Source of the DNA: Owenia fusiformis
Lineage: Eukaryota
Length of the DNA: 64,000 bases
NCBI GenBank assembly: GCA_903813345.2
Contig: CAIIXF020000001.1
Span: 1,550,001 to 1,614,000 of the forward strand
Direction: 5' to 3'
This document shows, piece after piece, positions 13,043 through 25,200 of this stretch (the first letter of the stretch is position 1; each line of letters begins with the position of its first letter). The notes under the pieces were generated by a model. That model made no database searches and was not told the origin of the DNA. It saw only the letters and a list, made by a program, of their open reading frames with translations. Position numbers and translations under genes: made by a program.

Positions 13043-15634
13043 ATGTTCCTTAAAGTTGGCGTTATCGTATCCCTGTGTATATCAGGTATATTGTTGAAGA
13101 AAGACCAAAAGATAACAATCGCAGAAATTGGGGAAAACGAAAACTGTGATTTGTGTGAACTTGATACTCATCGCGATGTAATTGTCACCTTTCAATGTCA
13201 CCAATATTTGTCACCTAACAAGACGAAGACATTTACAACTATTGATGAACTTTTCTCCTGTCTTCCGAATTTCACTCAAAGGATCTTACAGATCAGGGTT
13301 AACATTTCCGGATTTAACTTTGGAGTCGTACCAAATGGATCATTTAGCCGCGTACCGTATATGGCCAAATTAACATTAAGAGAATGTAACATTACGAGAC
13401 TAGAACCAAATGCTTTCAATGGCTCCGAAATAATTAAGCTTGCAATTGTGGACGTTGGCAAAGATAAGGAAGGTATCTCGATCCTGAATCGTCGTTTGTT
13501 ACAGCAGTTTCACACAATTGCGGAATTAAATCTAGGAAAAGTGAGAAGCATTGAAAATGAAACATTCACTGCTCTTCCAGACCTTTATCGACTTACTTTG
13601 GAACACAAAAGTATCTTGGACCACAACCAAGTATTCAGACATATGCATAAATTGCGAATTCTTATTCTCGATGGGATAGGATTAAAACAAATCCCTGGTG
13701 TCATTTTGCCCTATATCCCAACCTTGCAAGAACTCAATTTAGCCAACAATGCTATAACAAGCCTTCGATTTAATGGAACGCTTGGAACCCGTTGGAACTT
13801 TAGGCTTGACGTTTCTGGAAACAGTATCAAATCAGTGACACAATCTGATATGATACAGTTCAAAGATGTTGGTACCTTGTCACTTGATCTAGGTGGCAAT
13901 GATTTAGAAGAAATCGAACGATATTTTCTTAGAGACATCAATACAATAGATAAGCTTTTGTTTAACCGAAACCTTAAATTGGGAAAAACAAATGCATTTA
14001 TGAACTTGCTGAAAAGCTCGAAGGGCAAGCCTATTAAAAGGCTGGGATTATCGGGTTGTGGCATTGTAATTGATAGCTTTAATTCGTCTATCCTCAAGCC
14101 CCTCGAGGATTCCGACCTTCAAACTCTATGGCTTGGGAACAACTTGATAGATACTCTTGAAAGTGATGCATTTGAACCAGTGAAATCGTTGTACTATCTT
14201 GAGATATCAAACTTTATGCACATTTCCAATGAGACATTTTCCCCACTGCGTAACTTAGGATCTCTTGAGATTCATGACATGTCTGTGCTTCAAACAAGAA
14301 AAGAGCATGTGAATGTTCGTTTGAATCAACTAAGAGAATTGGACACACTCTGGCTGCACAAACTGGATTACTCTCGCATCTTTTTTACTTTCGGAAATGA
14401 TCAGCCAAATCTAAGAAATTTAACATTAAACAATCTGGGTGAGTTATTTGAAGTATATCGTGGTCAAGTTTTGAATTTGATCACAAAACCATTCTCATAT
14501 TTCTCATCCCTCGACTTATCTGGAAATTTATTGTTTCGCTATCCTGACACTTCTCTTTGTCAACTATTTAATGGAGTCGAAACTCGTCGATTGTATTTAC
14601 GTGAAAACTATTTCAAAATGCTCCCGGATTGTATATTTCAAAATATTTCCACAGGTTTGATAGATTTGAGCCAAAACAGAATAACTTATATTCAAGATGA
14701 TTTGTTTAAAAAGATCCCTAAATTAATCAATTTATACTTAGTCGGGAATAGCATAAGCTTGATTGATGGAACAGCACTGAGTCGAGTCACGCGTTTCATA
14801 CATCTTGAAAATAATTTGATTGAATGTAACTGTGCAGCGCAACCCTTTACAAATTGGCTACGACGAAGAAAGCATCAAAAGGGAAAAGTCTATCATGACA
14901 AACTTTGTAGTTCATCTGAAGGACCAACAAATCAAGAACTGTTGAAATTTGAATTAACATGGTTGGAATGTAACATGGAAGTCTTTATTAGAATCATTGC
15001 TCTATCAGTTAGCAGTGTTGTTCTGGTTGGGATAATAACTGCTTCACTTTTGAAATATTTCTGGCAAGACATAAAGTACATGCAGCTGGTCAGGAGAGCA
15101 AAACGCCACCATGGATATATTCGAATTCCAGTTGATGATCCAAATGCTATCCAAGATGATATTCCAATGGATGGTGGCAACCCAGAAGATGAAATATATG
15201 ATGCTTTCGTCAGCTACCATTCTGAGAAGCGCATATGGGTACGTGACGTGATGACGCCAGAACTGACGAAAGGAGAAGTTCCATTCTCATTGATACATGA
15301 TGATAACATTATACCAGGACAAGAGTCATACTTTGGTGGACTAATGTCCCACATGGACCGTAGCCGCCATATTATATTCCTGGTTACTCGAGGCTGGATG
15401 AAGGAGGGATGGAATGAGTTTGAAATGGACTCTGCTATAGATATGCTCACTCAGACCAAACGCCACACACTCATAGTTATTCTGTTGGAGCACATACCAC
15501 AAAAAGAGATGTCGCACAAGCTTAAACTGATGGTAAGACACAATGTCTGCCTGAAATGGAGCGAAGAAGAAGGAAAGCAGCGGACATTTTGGAGAGATCT
15601 GAAACTGGAACTCGGGAAAAAGCGATATGAGTGA
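13043..15634 (+). CDS. Toll-like receptor (LRR ectodomain, single cysteine-cluster type, TM, TIR); intronless CDS, 863 aa from first ATG
   Basis: Hydrophobic N-terminus; many LxxLxLxxN repeats; LRRCT NLIECNC...W...C...C; TM segment VFIRIIALSVSSVVLVGIITASLL; TIR box1 YDAFVSY, BB loop IIPG, SRHIIFLVT, box3 FW. First ATG is at 13043 (the ORF track starts at a GTG, 13028). Confidence 0.96.
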   Translation: MFLKVGVIVSLCISGILLKKDQKITIAEIGENENCDLCELDTHRDVIVTFQCHQYLSPNKTKTFTTIDELFSCLPNFTQRILQIRVNISGFNFGVVPNGSFSRVPYMAKLTLRECNITRLEPNAFNGSEIIKLAIVDVGKDKEGISILNRRLLQQFHTIAELNLGKVRSIENETFTALPDLYRLTLEHKSILDHNQVFRHMHKLRILILDGIGLKQIPGVILPYIPTLQELNLANNAITSLRFNGTLGTRWNFRLDVSGNSIKSVTQSDMIQFKDVGTLSLDLGGNDLEEIERYFLRDINTIDKLLFNRNLKLGKTNAFMNLLKSSKGKPIKRLGLSGCGIVIDSFNSSILKPLEDSDLQTLWLGNNLIDTLESDAFEPVKSLYYLEISNFMHISNETFSPLRNLGSLEIHDMSVLQTRKEHVNVRLNQLRELDTLWLHKLDYSRIFFTFGNDQPNLRNLTLNNLGELFEVYRGQVLNLITKPFSYFSSLDLSGNLLFRYPDTSLCQLFNGVETRRLYLRENYFKMLPDCIFQNISTGLIDLSQNRITYIQDDLFKKIPKLINLYLVGNSISLIDGTALSRVTRFIHLENNLIECNCAAQPFTNWLRRRKHQKGKVYHDKLCSSSEGPTNQELLKFELTWLECNMEVFIRIIALSVSSVVLVGIITASLLKYFWQDIKYMQLVRRAKRHHGYIRIPVDDPNAIQDDIPMDGGNPEDEIYDAFVSYHSEKRIWVRDVMTPELTKGEVPFSLIHDDNIIPGQESYFGGLMSHMDRSRHIIFLVTRGWMKEGWNEFEMDSAIDMLTQTKRHTLIVILLEHIPQKEMSHKLKLMVRHNVCLKWSEEEGKQRTFWRDLKLELGKKRYE

Positions 15635-16542
15635 GGCCATCCTCTTAAAAAGGAGGATAAATATTGTAAATAGCTGATTGCCTTCTGTTTATCATTATCT
15701 TCAAAAAATGTTACATGATTTAAGTACACATATTTCCCCTTGAAAATAAGGATAAATGATAAACAAAACTTGTTCCTTTCTGTTTATCCTCATATTGAAA
15801 AAGTGATTTAATAAAACAAACCTTAACGTTTCCTTCTTTCTATGGAAAACGTTACGTTAAGTTATGTTTCCTGGTGCCTAGTCAAGGGAATAATACTTTT
15901 AAACGTGACACGGGTATTTATTGGTTCAATCATTCAGTATTACTAATGCTCATTCTGTAGCATATCATATATCATTAGCATAGCTTCAAATATTGGTGGG
16001 TCAAAGAAATAATGTATTGGACATATTCACACTTCAACCCCAAGTTCTCGAGAGTGTAAGGGGGGAATATATATACGAGTATATCTACAATGAAAGTCAT
16101 GTGACTCCTGTTGATCCAATTACAGAATGAGTAACATGACAGTGAGATTCATGTAATTCTTGTATAATACTTTTTGTAAAATACAAACGGTTCTGATTAT
16201 AAGTTATTGTATATTCATAGTCTCGATATTCTGTATTGGCACTCGACTACGTCTCGTTCCAATACGGGATTTCTCGAGCAGAATATATATATATCCTGTA
16301 TTGCACTTCAAATCATTCTAATAACGTTTTTATCGTGTGATCCTCTGTATTGCTACTGAGAATGTCCCCTCCGTACCAATATTTTCTGTATTGCGACGGA
16401 GATGATCAATGGGGATAATCTCAGTAGCAATACAGATTGGTACAGCACAAGAACTGACAAATCAGAAGGCTTCATTATACACAGATTATACGATAAGAAA
16501 ATGTATTAATACTATGATCCACATAAATTACTTGTAATGACC

Positions 16543-16755
16543 AAGGCCCGTAGCCAGGATTTGCCAGGGGGTTCACTTTTATAAAAATTCCAGGGGTGGT
16601 TCACGACAATTTTGGTCCAAAATGGCCAAAATCACTTGAAAAGCCTCGGAATGGTCAGAATGGTCGGAAAACTGCATGATTTTGAACTTGATTTTTTGGC
16701 CGGAGGGGGGGGGGGTTCGCTCGAACCCATCGAACCCTCTATGGCTACGGGCCTG
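16543..16755. mobile_element. hAT-like MITE
   Basis: AGGCCCGTAGCCA...TGGCTACGGGCCTG terminal inverted repeats; TSD not clean. Confidence 0.6.
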
Positions 16756-17546
16756 TTATGCAAAATATATTTCTTACACCCAATCTTGTACATACATGTG
16801 TACATAGCTACCTAGGATAGCTACAGATTCAGGTCGACTGCTCATGACTTCTTTTCAATACTTTTGGCTTTTTTATTTGTCAGACAGTTGTGAAAATTGC
16901 ATATAATATCCTGCTTTATAATTGGAATATATTTTATATCGTATCAACACAACCTTGTACTGTTACTTGTTTTCCACTGGTTCAAAATCTGGAGGACGCG
17001 ATATCTCACTGGGAGGATTTACATCCTCCAGACCAGAGACATGTTTTATATGTCTCTCTGTCCATACTAAAATACATTTACCAATTTGCAGTGATAACAA
17101 ACACATATCTAATATCTATACATTATAACATATTTAAATATATAACTATTATTCAAGGGTAAAAAATAAGAACTTAAATACACAATGTTTGCCAAAGTAA
17201 TCCATAACACTGTCACTTTTGACGCACGTCAAATTATCCGCCATTTCGTCTGATTCTGATTGAACGAAATGCAATGGTACTTTCAGACCCTTGTGACTGC
17301 TATTTGGATGTGTTTATTTTTTCTGATTCAAAATCGTGCAAACAAAACAAAGAACCTTCTTATGGCCTCAAGCAAGGTTATTATTTAGAAACCAATATTT
17401 CGATTCACATAAAAGTTTCAAAGTTCAGCATCTAGTTAACACTCAAACTTTCGACCAATCAGCAATCAGAAAACAATTTTGGTGAGAGAGGGAAAATGAA
17501 AAGTTTTGAATTTCTTCATAATTTCCTGTTTTATTGACCATTCAGA

Positions 17547-20500
17547 ATGCGAATTTTTATTCGTAATAAGTCCAGGTATAGCCCCGAGTTCCAGGAAGAT
17601 GACATGATGTACATTGACGTGCAGGACTATGCCGGAACTACAATAAATGAGCTGAAAGAGGTAAATTGATTAATTTTGGTGGGTGATAATAGGCTACAGT
17701 GCTCAGTTAGACTATATCCTATTTAGTCTGAATTATATTCAGACTATAAGGCACCTATGTTAAAGTTTGGTAATTCTAAATATTTGTTTACATAGGAAGT
17801 GCTATTCAAAATGGCCGATTGGGTAAAATTAATTTGCACATTTGTTACTTCAATTAGCTTTATTTCCACTTGACAATATGCTGTGTAGTCCAACAACATT
17901 AGACCTAGCCCGGGCCTCGTTTCTTATCTGACATGTGTTATGGCCCGGCTAGGTCTAACCTCCATGACCATTTTGCCTTTGATGCGTTAATTTAATCGTT
18001 CAGCAGGTTTCGACATGCGGAACTAATTGAACCCTGAAAACATGGCAATATTACACAAAGAATGTGATTCAAGCATGCATACATACCTTATAAACACATA
18101 CACCCCGTCCCGTATCCCCCTTAGACCCTATTGATGCATAATTACGAAAATATTGGAGACAGGTTTGGAATATGACGAAAATGTCGGTCAGTTTCGGTAA
18201 CATCGAAATTGCAAATCGTTTCAGGAATTAACCGTCATCAAGGCACTGCATTAACGAACAGTTGGTTTGCAATTAATAACTATTTTGCGTGTATATACGC
18301 GCTATATAAATTAATCAAAGATACCTGTTATCCTCAAAATTGATCTTTTTATCCCGAGTAATCACGATAATAATTATCAATCTATTTGACAACAATTTCG
18401 TTTCGCTGGTAGTTTAATTTTACGATCCGGGACACTCAGACGAACAGACACAATGACGGACATGCGGGAATGTCACTTTAGAGATTGGTAAGTGTAGCCT
18501 CATTTTACTCGTATAAATGAACATTTAACACAATAATATTGTGTTAAATCGCTTGATATTATGTGTTTTTATATTATTGTCAAGTATCAGTTGCACGTTA
18601 TCGCGGAAAAATGGTTTCGATGGATTCAGAACTTGCATCAAAGGAAAGAATAGTAAGGAGGTTAAACTCAATAATGGCCCCAAGAAAATTCCTAATAATA
18701 AAGAACGCCGTTATTGAGTTTAACGACGTTGAACTATATGCTGTGTTACTTTTTATTGCATTTAATTGTACCTTACTATTTAATTGAAATTTTGTAATGT
18801 TTATTTTATTGAAAAAATGGTTGCTCCAATTGATAATTTTGTGCAAAAAAATTCACTGCAATTTCCACAGGAAAGTAGTACATCATAATAGACTGACTTC
18901 TAGTCAGTCTGTTGGATACATACTAAGTGCTCAGTGGCATCTTGATTTTCTATCACCATTCCCAGATCATGGTGATTTGAGACTTCATACTTTCCAATAA
19001 TGTCTAGATACACACATCCCTTTGGTTTTGTATATTTTACATTTTGTATACTCTCAGTCTCAACTAAAGTCTAGTTTTTTATTTTGGAAACCAGTTCATA
19101 AATCCATGGGCTCTAATTGAAAGCCCATGATAAATCATGTGGTTAAAATAAGGAAATGTTGTGATGTAACCACGTATCTACTAACTTACCAGTTTGTTCT
19201 ATGTCATCTATTGGACTAAGTTGCATTGTGGAACTCGGCTAAACACCAGACTGAAGGCAGTATTCTGAGGTTATAAAATATGAATCAAGATACTTTTATG
19301 TTTTGTAGCACTGTAAAAGAAAGTCCCCAGCAAAGATTGATGAACTGTTTTACCGCAATGAGGCCCTAGCAGATGACAGGTATGTCAACCAATCCATTAA
19401 ATCTATAATGTACCCATAGAAATAAATTAGATGAAAACTAAATATTTATATAAATCCCAGCACTGTTGTTATAATACATAGAAATGTGTATTATTTTCTT
19501 GCTCTTTTTGCTCTTTGACAACAAATAGAAGACTGGATCCAAAAAAGAGTTGTCAGGAAATTTTTTCTGTCAGTCATGGACTTAGCATAATAGATGGTGA
19601 TCATCAAAGTCTCAAAATCAGTTAAAAGTTTCACAATGAATACCTCCATATTTAGTCTTCCATTGAGTCTCTTATCATCCCCCCCCTCCATGTCACCCTT
19701 ATTTGATTCACCTCCTGACCAGAGGTGGGATGTGTAGGGGGCACCCTATCTTGATGTGTGAATTCTTACATATCAACATGAAATGTTCTTATTTACTGAA
19801 TCTGTATTTTTTTATATTTTGTTTAGGTCTGTAGCACACAACAATCTGCATGACAATGTCATCCTGGAAACAACTTCTAATCCATTCTTCCTGGCCTGTA
19901 TGAATATCCTCTTAGTGAAGGCAGAAAGGAACATGTCCGACTACCCCGATAAATCCCCCGAGTATTCCCGTTTCAAAAGATCAAAGATACACAAAATAAC
20001 AATCATTGGTGTGCTTACCAATTCGAAAAAGTAAGTTTACCTACTCTTCAATATTTAGAAATTGTGGATATTCTGAATGAAAGTACATGTTATGTTGTAC
20101 TGTACTATACTGTATTAATATACTGCACTATACTGTACTGTACTGTACTCTAATATACTCTCATGTACTGTTCTATACTGTACTCCCTATGATATCCTCA
20201 TTGTACATACGGTACTTAATTACTTTTCACCAATTCTGAAATTCTGATTGTGTCCAAAACTGGTCAAACTATCACAATTTTTATTTCTTTTTGCTCAACT
20301 ACTGTATGCAGGTTTTTTTTTAGCAGCAGTCAACAGGCGATCTTCACCAGTTGTTATCACAAAATCGCCTGTTGTTTTTAAGGTCTTTTCAACTTTTCCA
20401 TGTTAAATTATGATTTCCATTGATTTTGCCTCTTGTTTTCATTTATTTAGCCTGTTGTTAGAAATTTTAGTGAAACCCCTGTGTATGTATGAGTAATTGG

Positions 20501-22268
20501 GCATGTTGGTAACTTGTTTTAAAACACAACTGCTGTAGAAAGCACTGGATTATGTCATCTTCAATTAAATTTGCTATTATTGTTATTTTTAGAGAGAGTG
20601 ACAGACAGCCACCTCACATGAGCAATGTGAATGCATTCATAGCCTACATAGACAGATTAGGCAAGAAAGGTGCTTCAATGAGTTATTTCACAAGAGATGC
20701 TTTGCATGAGTTCTATGAGGAGTTTGAACAGCTTGATATGCAGAAACCAGACCCTGTTGGATCATTCCTAAGACGCCATGCTATTCAGTTGGGATTCATT
20801 GATCCAAAAGATGGAGGTTTGTTCATTATTTGTTTAACTTTCAATGCTAGTCAATGTCGTTACAATAAGAAATGGATAAAAATAAAGATTCCATGAAAAA
20901 TGCTAAAATATATTAATATAGAAATAGGTTGATAATAAGTTGATCACGGTGTTGCCCTTTGAGTTCTCTAATTAAGAATGACAAGATGCCCCAAATCACA
21001 ATATAAATTAATAAATAAGAGGCTGTTCACAAAGTTATGAAAGGGTCAGGGGTGCTATTAAATCTATGAATTGGAAAGCAAGCATGACATCACTATTTTT
21101 CTAATTTTACGAAACGTTAGTAACTTTGCAAATCTTATGAAAATGCAACTTTATGAAATTCGCAAATTATACAATGGACTTACGAATGTTTGTTACGACA
21201 AACTGTACAAAAATGGGTCTCTGATTGTAACAGGTCGTTCAATAAGTTCATGCAAAAATATTCTCTTTTTTTTTTATTTTTCAATGCTTATCCTTGAAAC
21301 TTTCACAAACCATAGAAAAATACCTACTAATTGAAAAACAAAAAATAAAATACTTTGTTTTGATTGGTCAAAAGTTATGGTTGCTAAGGTAACCCATGTT
21401 TTGGTCACGCGGGCAATTTATGACATGAAAAAAGTTTAATTTTAATTGAATTCTTGTGATTTATTAGTTGCACATTAGATACACTCTCTATAAAACATTG
21501 TCTTTTTAAATTGAAGTTCCTATCAAGCATGTCACTTCATTAATTAAATGCCTAGCTCCTGGTGCTTCACCTATTCTTCGTATTGAGCCCTAAAGTCACA
21601 AGGGATTTTAGTGCGTCACCCTAAGCGAGCTCTACAAAAGAAACGGCCTGAAATTACCCCCTTCTCCAAGCTATTTCACCAAGACAATGCCCCATGGTCA
21701 TGAGCAAAAAATATGGTTCAGGATACCATCAGAGGTACCCTACAGATGGAGATTTTAGGCCAGGCTGCATACTCCCCTGATGAGGCTGTATTGGACTTTT
21801 GGGTGTTCAATAGGATGAAAGATGAACTGAGAGGTGGTCGTATGCAAGCATGACAGAGCTCAATGCAGCTGTGCAGAGTGCAATGCGTACTAAATTCCCT
21901 TGTGGCTTTAGGGCTCAATACGAAGAATGGGTGAAGCGCCAGGAACTATATGCATCCAGTATAAAGGAGATACAGTATGATGAGAATATCTTGAGCATTT
22001 AATGAAGTGACTTGCTTGCTTGGAGAGATAGTTATTCAAAAATTAGAAAGAGTGTGTATGTACTGTTCATTTAATTTGTAGTTTTGCATTTCTAATTTTA
22101 TGATTAGATGATGTTGGAGGGGCTGTTGTACATAATGGGCCAGGCCATACTGCAGAGCTTAACCACCAGCATGATATCAATGTCATTAATCCTAACAACA
22201 GAGCTGGTAAAATTAAGAATAACAAAGCTGGTGTCACCCCTACAACTAGAAGAGTGAAAGCAATTAAG
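17547..22268 (+). CDS. Exons 1-5: integral ubiquitin-like domain, unassigned helical region and linker
   Basis: MRIFIR...YIDV...TINELKEHCKRK...LFYRNEALADDRSVAHNNLHDNVILE parallels ubiquitin MQIFVK...LEV...TIENVKAKI...[27 protein letters not shown]. No di-Gly. Five exons splice in frame and end on an open GTAAGT donor at 22269. Confidence 0.8.
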
Positions 22269-25200
22269 GTAAGTTTACAATTTACACTACTATTCTAGTA
22301 TTTTAAATGAACTATATAATGTGCTATCCTGGAGTTGGTTTGTGGTGGATAAAAGCACGAGACTTAAATGTTCCAGAAACACTTTCATGTTAGCTTATGT
22401 GGTAATTTCAACCATTAATGATCATCTAATTTTACATGGGTGCCATTATATACAGTTGAAACAATAGAACAAAAGATAGCAAAAACATGTCTTATCTCCA
22501 GATGTCTTTTCCAATACATGCACAGCTAGTTATGTGGACTTACATTATGATAGTATTGGTACAGCTGATAGGATTGGTACAGCTGATAGGATTGGTACAG
22601 CTGATAGGATTGGTACAGCTGATACTGTTGGTATAGCTGATAGGATTGATACAGCTGATAGGATTGATACAGCTGATACTGTTGGTACAGCTGATACTGT
22701 TGGTACAGCTGATAGGATTGGTACAGCTGATAGGATTGGTACAGCTGATACTGTTGGTATAGCTGATAGGATTGATACAGCTGATAGGATTGATACAGCT
22801 GATACTGTTGGTACAGCTGATACTGTTGGTACAGCTGATAGGATTGGTACAGCTGATAGGATTGGTACAGCTGATAGGATTGGTACAGCTTATACTGTTG
22901 GTATAGCTGATAGGATTGATACAGCTGATAGGATTGATACAGCTGATACTGTTGGTATAGCTGATAGGATTGATACAGCTGATAGGATTGATACAGCTGA
23001 TACTGTTGGTACAGCTGATACTGTTGGTACAGCTGATAGGATTGGTACAGCTGATAGGATTGGTACAGCTGATACTGTTGGTTTAGCTGATAGGATTGAT
23101 ACAGCTGATAGGATTGATACAGCTGATACTGTTGGTACAGCTGATAGGATTGGTACAGCTGATACTGTTGGTATAGCTGATAGGATTGATACAGCTGATA
23201 GGATTGATACAGCTGATACTGTTGGTACAGCTGATACCGTTGGTACAGCTGATACTGTTGGTACAGCTGATACTGTTGGTACAGCTGATAGGATTGGTAC
23301 AGCTGATACTGTTGGTACAGCTGATACTGTTGGTACAGCTGATAGGATTGGTACAGCTGATACTGTTGGTACAGCTGATAGGATTGATACAGCTGATACT
23401 GTTGGTACAGCTGATACCGTTGGTACAGCTGATAGGATTGATACAGCTGATACTGTTGGTACAGCTGATACCGTTGGTACAGCTGATAGGATTGGTACAG
23501 CTGATAGGATTGGTACAGCTGATAGTAAATGACTCTACACTCAAGATTTACTTATTGTTTGCCGTAACCTAGCCTACTAAATCTTAAGCTTGATACCTTC
23601 TGAATATTCTGCTAAAGATATTTATCCAATTTTTATTTTTTTTATTTGCACTGCCCTTATATAATGTACATGGCAAAGGGTGATTATTTCACCATTGTAG
23701 AAATGCTCTATGGGCATTAGTGTCACCATTGCAAACTGGTCAGTAGAACAGGTTGTCACACCATTTAGCAGGATTGTTGGAAGATTTATTTACTTCACAG
23801 AACCACGGGGGATAAGCAAAACGAGGGCGAAGCCACGGACTGCGACTCGCGTAATTCAAAACGAGGTTACAACGCATTATAGCTGAACAATGGCGGTAAG
23901 TCCAAACTTAATTTGGAAGGCATGTTAGGATTTGGGGTAGATTATTGGTTTGGACATTCTACAGAATAGCTAGTATATTCCAGTCGGTGATCAACATATT
24001 CATACTCCACCTGCAATGGCATTCTTGGTGCTCGGCTGTCCAATAGTTAAGCATGAACACAAATGAATTCAAAATCTGCCACAAAAAATGTAATTTTGTC
24101 AATATTTGTCCCTAATATACCGATTTAAACAAAGGAATCAGAAATGACATCGAATTAATATAATTATTCATGTTCTGTTGTTACAATTACATCTTCGTGT
24201 GATATTTGGTAAGCGGAAAACGTACAATTACATAGAAAATTGGAATTTATAATAGTCGCAGTCCATCCATCTGCCCAACGCAGTCCGCGACTCAGTGTTG
24301 CTTTATATCTGAAGCTGAACGCAATCACAGCCAAAGGTAGATAGCACAATGTGTGTACAGGTGTGGCCGAAATGGAGCAACTTTGGACAAAATTGAATAT
24401 AAAGGGCTATTTTAATAGACCTACATCGTGTCTCAATCCATTCTGCAAATATATACAAGCTGTCAAATACAGCTGAAATCATGAATTTATGGTAGCTAGC
24501 AATATTGATGGACTGTTGGAAAGATCATCCAAAATTACATTAACTCACCAACTCTCCAATTATTTGATATTTTCCTGATCTCTTCCTGAAACAATAATAG
24601 CGTAGGAATATAGTTTACACTATCTTATTTATTTCGTGTTCGCGCCTGGACTGCGTTGCTTAGAATATCAATGGAGGCTGTGTTGCGTTGTTGAAATAGC
24701 TTTGTTTACTGGACTGCGTCCACTATGGATGCGCAGTTTGAATCTAATTTTCTCCTCATGAACACATTCTATTATCAAATCATTTTCACGAAATACACTC
24801 GGAGCCTCAACTAACCTTTAGATATCAGAAACGTGTTAAAAACTCCTTTCAAATGTATAGTAAATTAAATAATATGCACATATTTTACAGGTAAAATCAG
24901 AACTTTGCTACTGTTTTAGCTTGATCTGGACAACTGCTTATTTTCTTATCTACAGACCAACAGTAGATACAGAGTAATATTTCAGTCACCGACTAGACAC
25001 TACGATAGCATTTAAAATACCTGGATTTCTCTATTTTGTCGGAAGAAGCAGAAGGCACTGCCGGATGTCCCTCCATTTTGGCGCTGGGCTGCGGTGTAAA
25101 GTTACGCGAGTCGCAGTCCGTGGCTTCGCCCTCGTTTTGCTTATCCCCCGTGAGAACTGATGAAGAGATAGTTACTCCAATATTATGTTACTTTGTTTAA

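Noticed and set aside
17362-17376. Upstream coding exon ATGGCCTCAAGCAAG-GT for the UBL gene
   Set aside because: Spliced to the 17546 acceptor it is out of frame and stops within 7 codons; at most a 5' UTR exon or uORF.
22555-23525. CRISPR-like or antifreeze-protein interpretation of the 18-bp array
   Set aside because: No unique spacers, eukaryotic context, no ATG start or phase-compatible splice sites.
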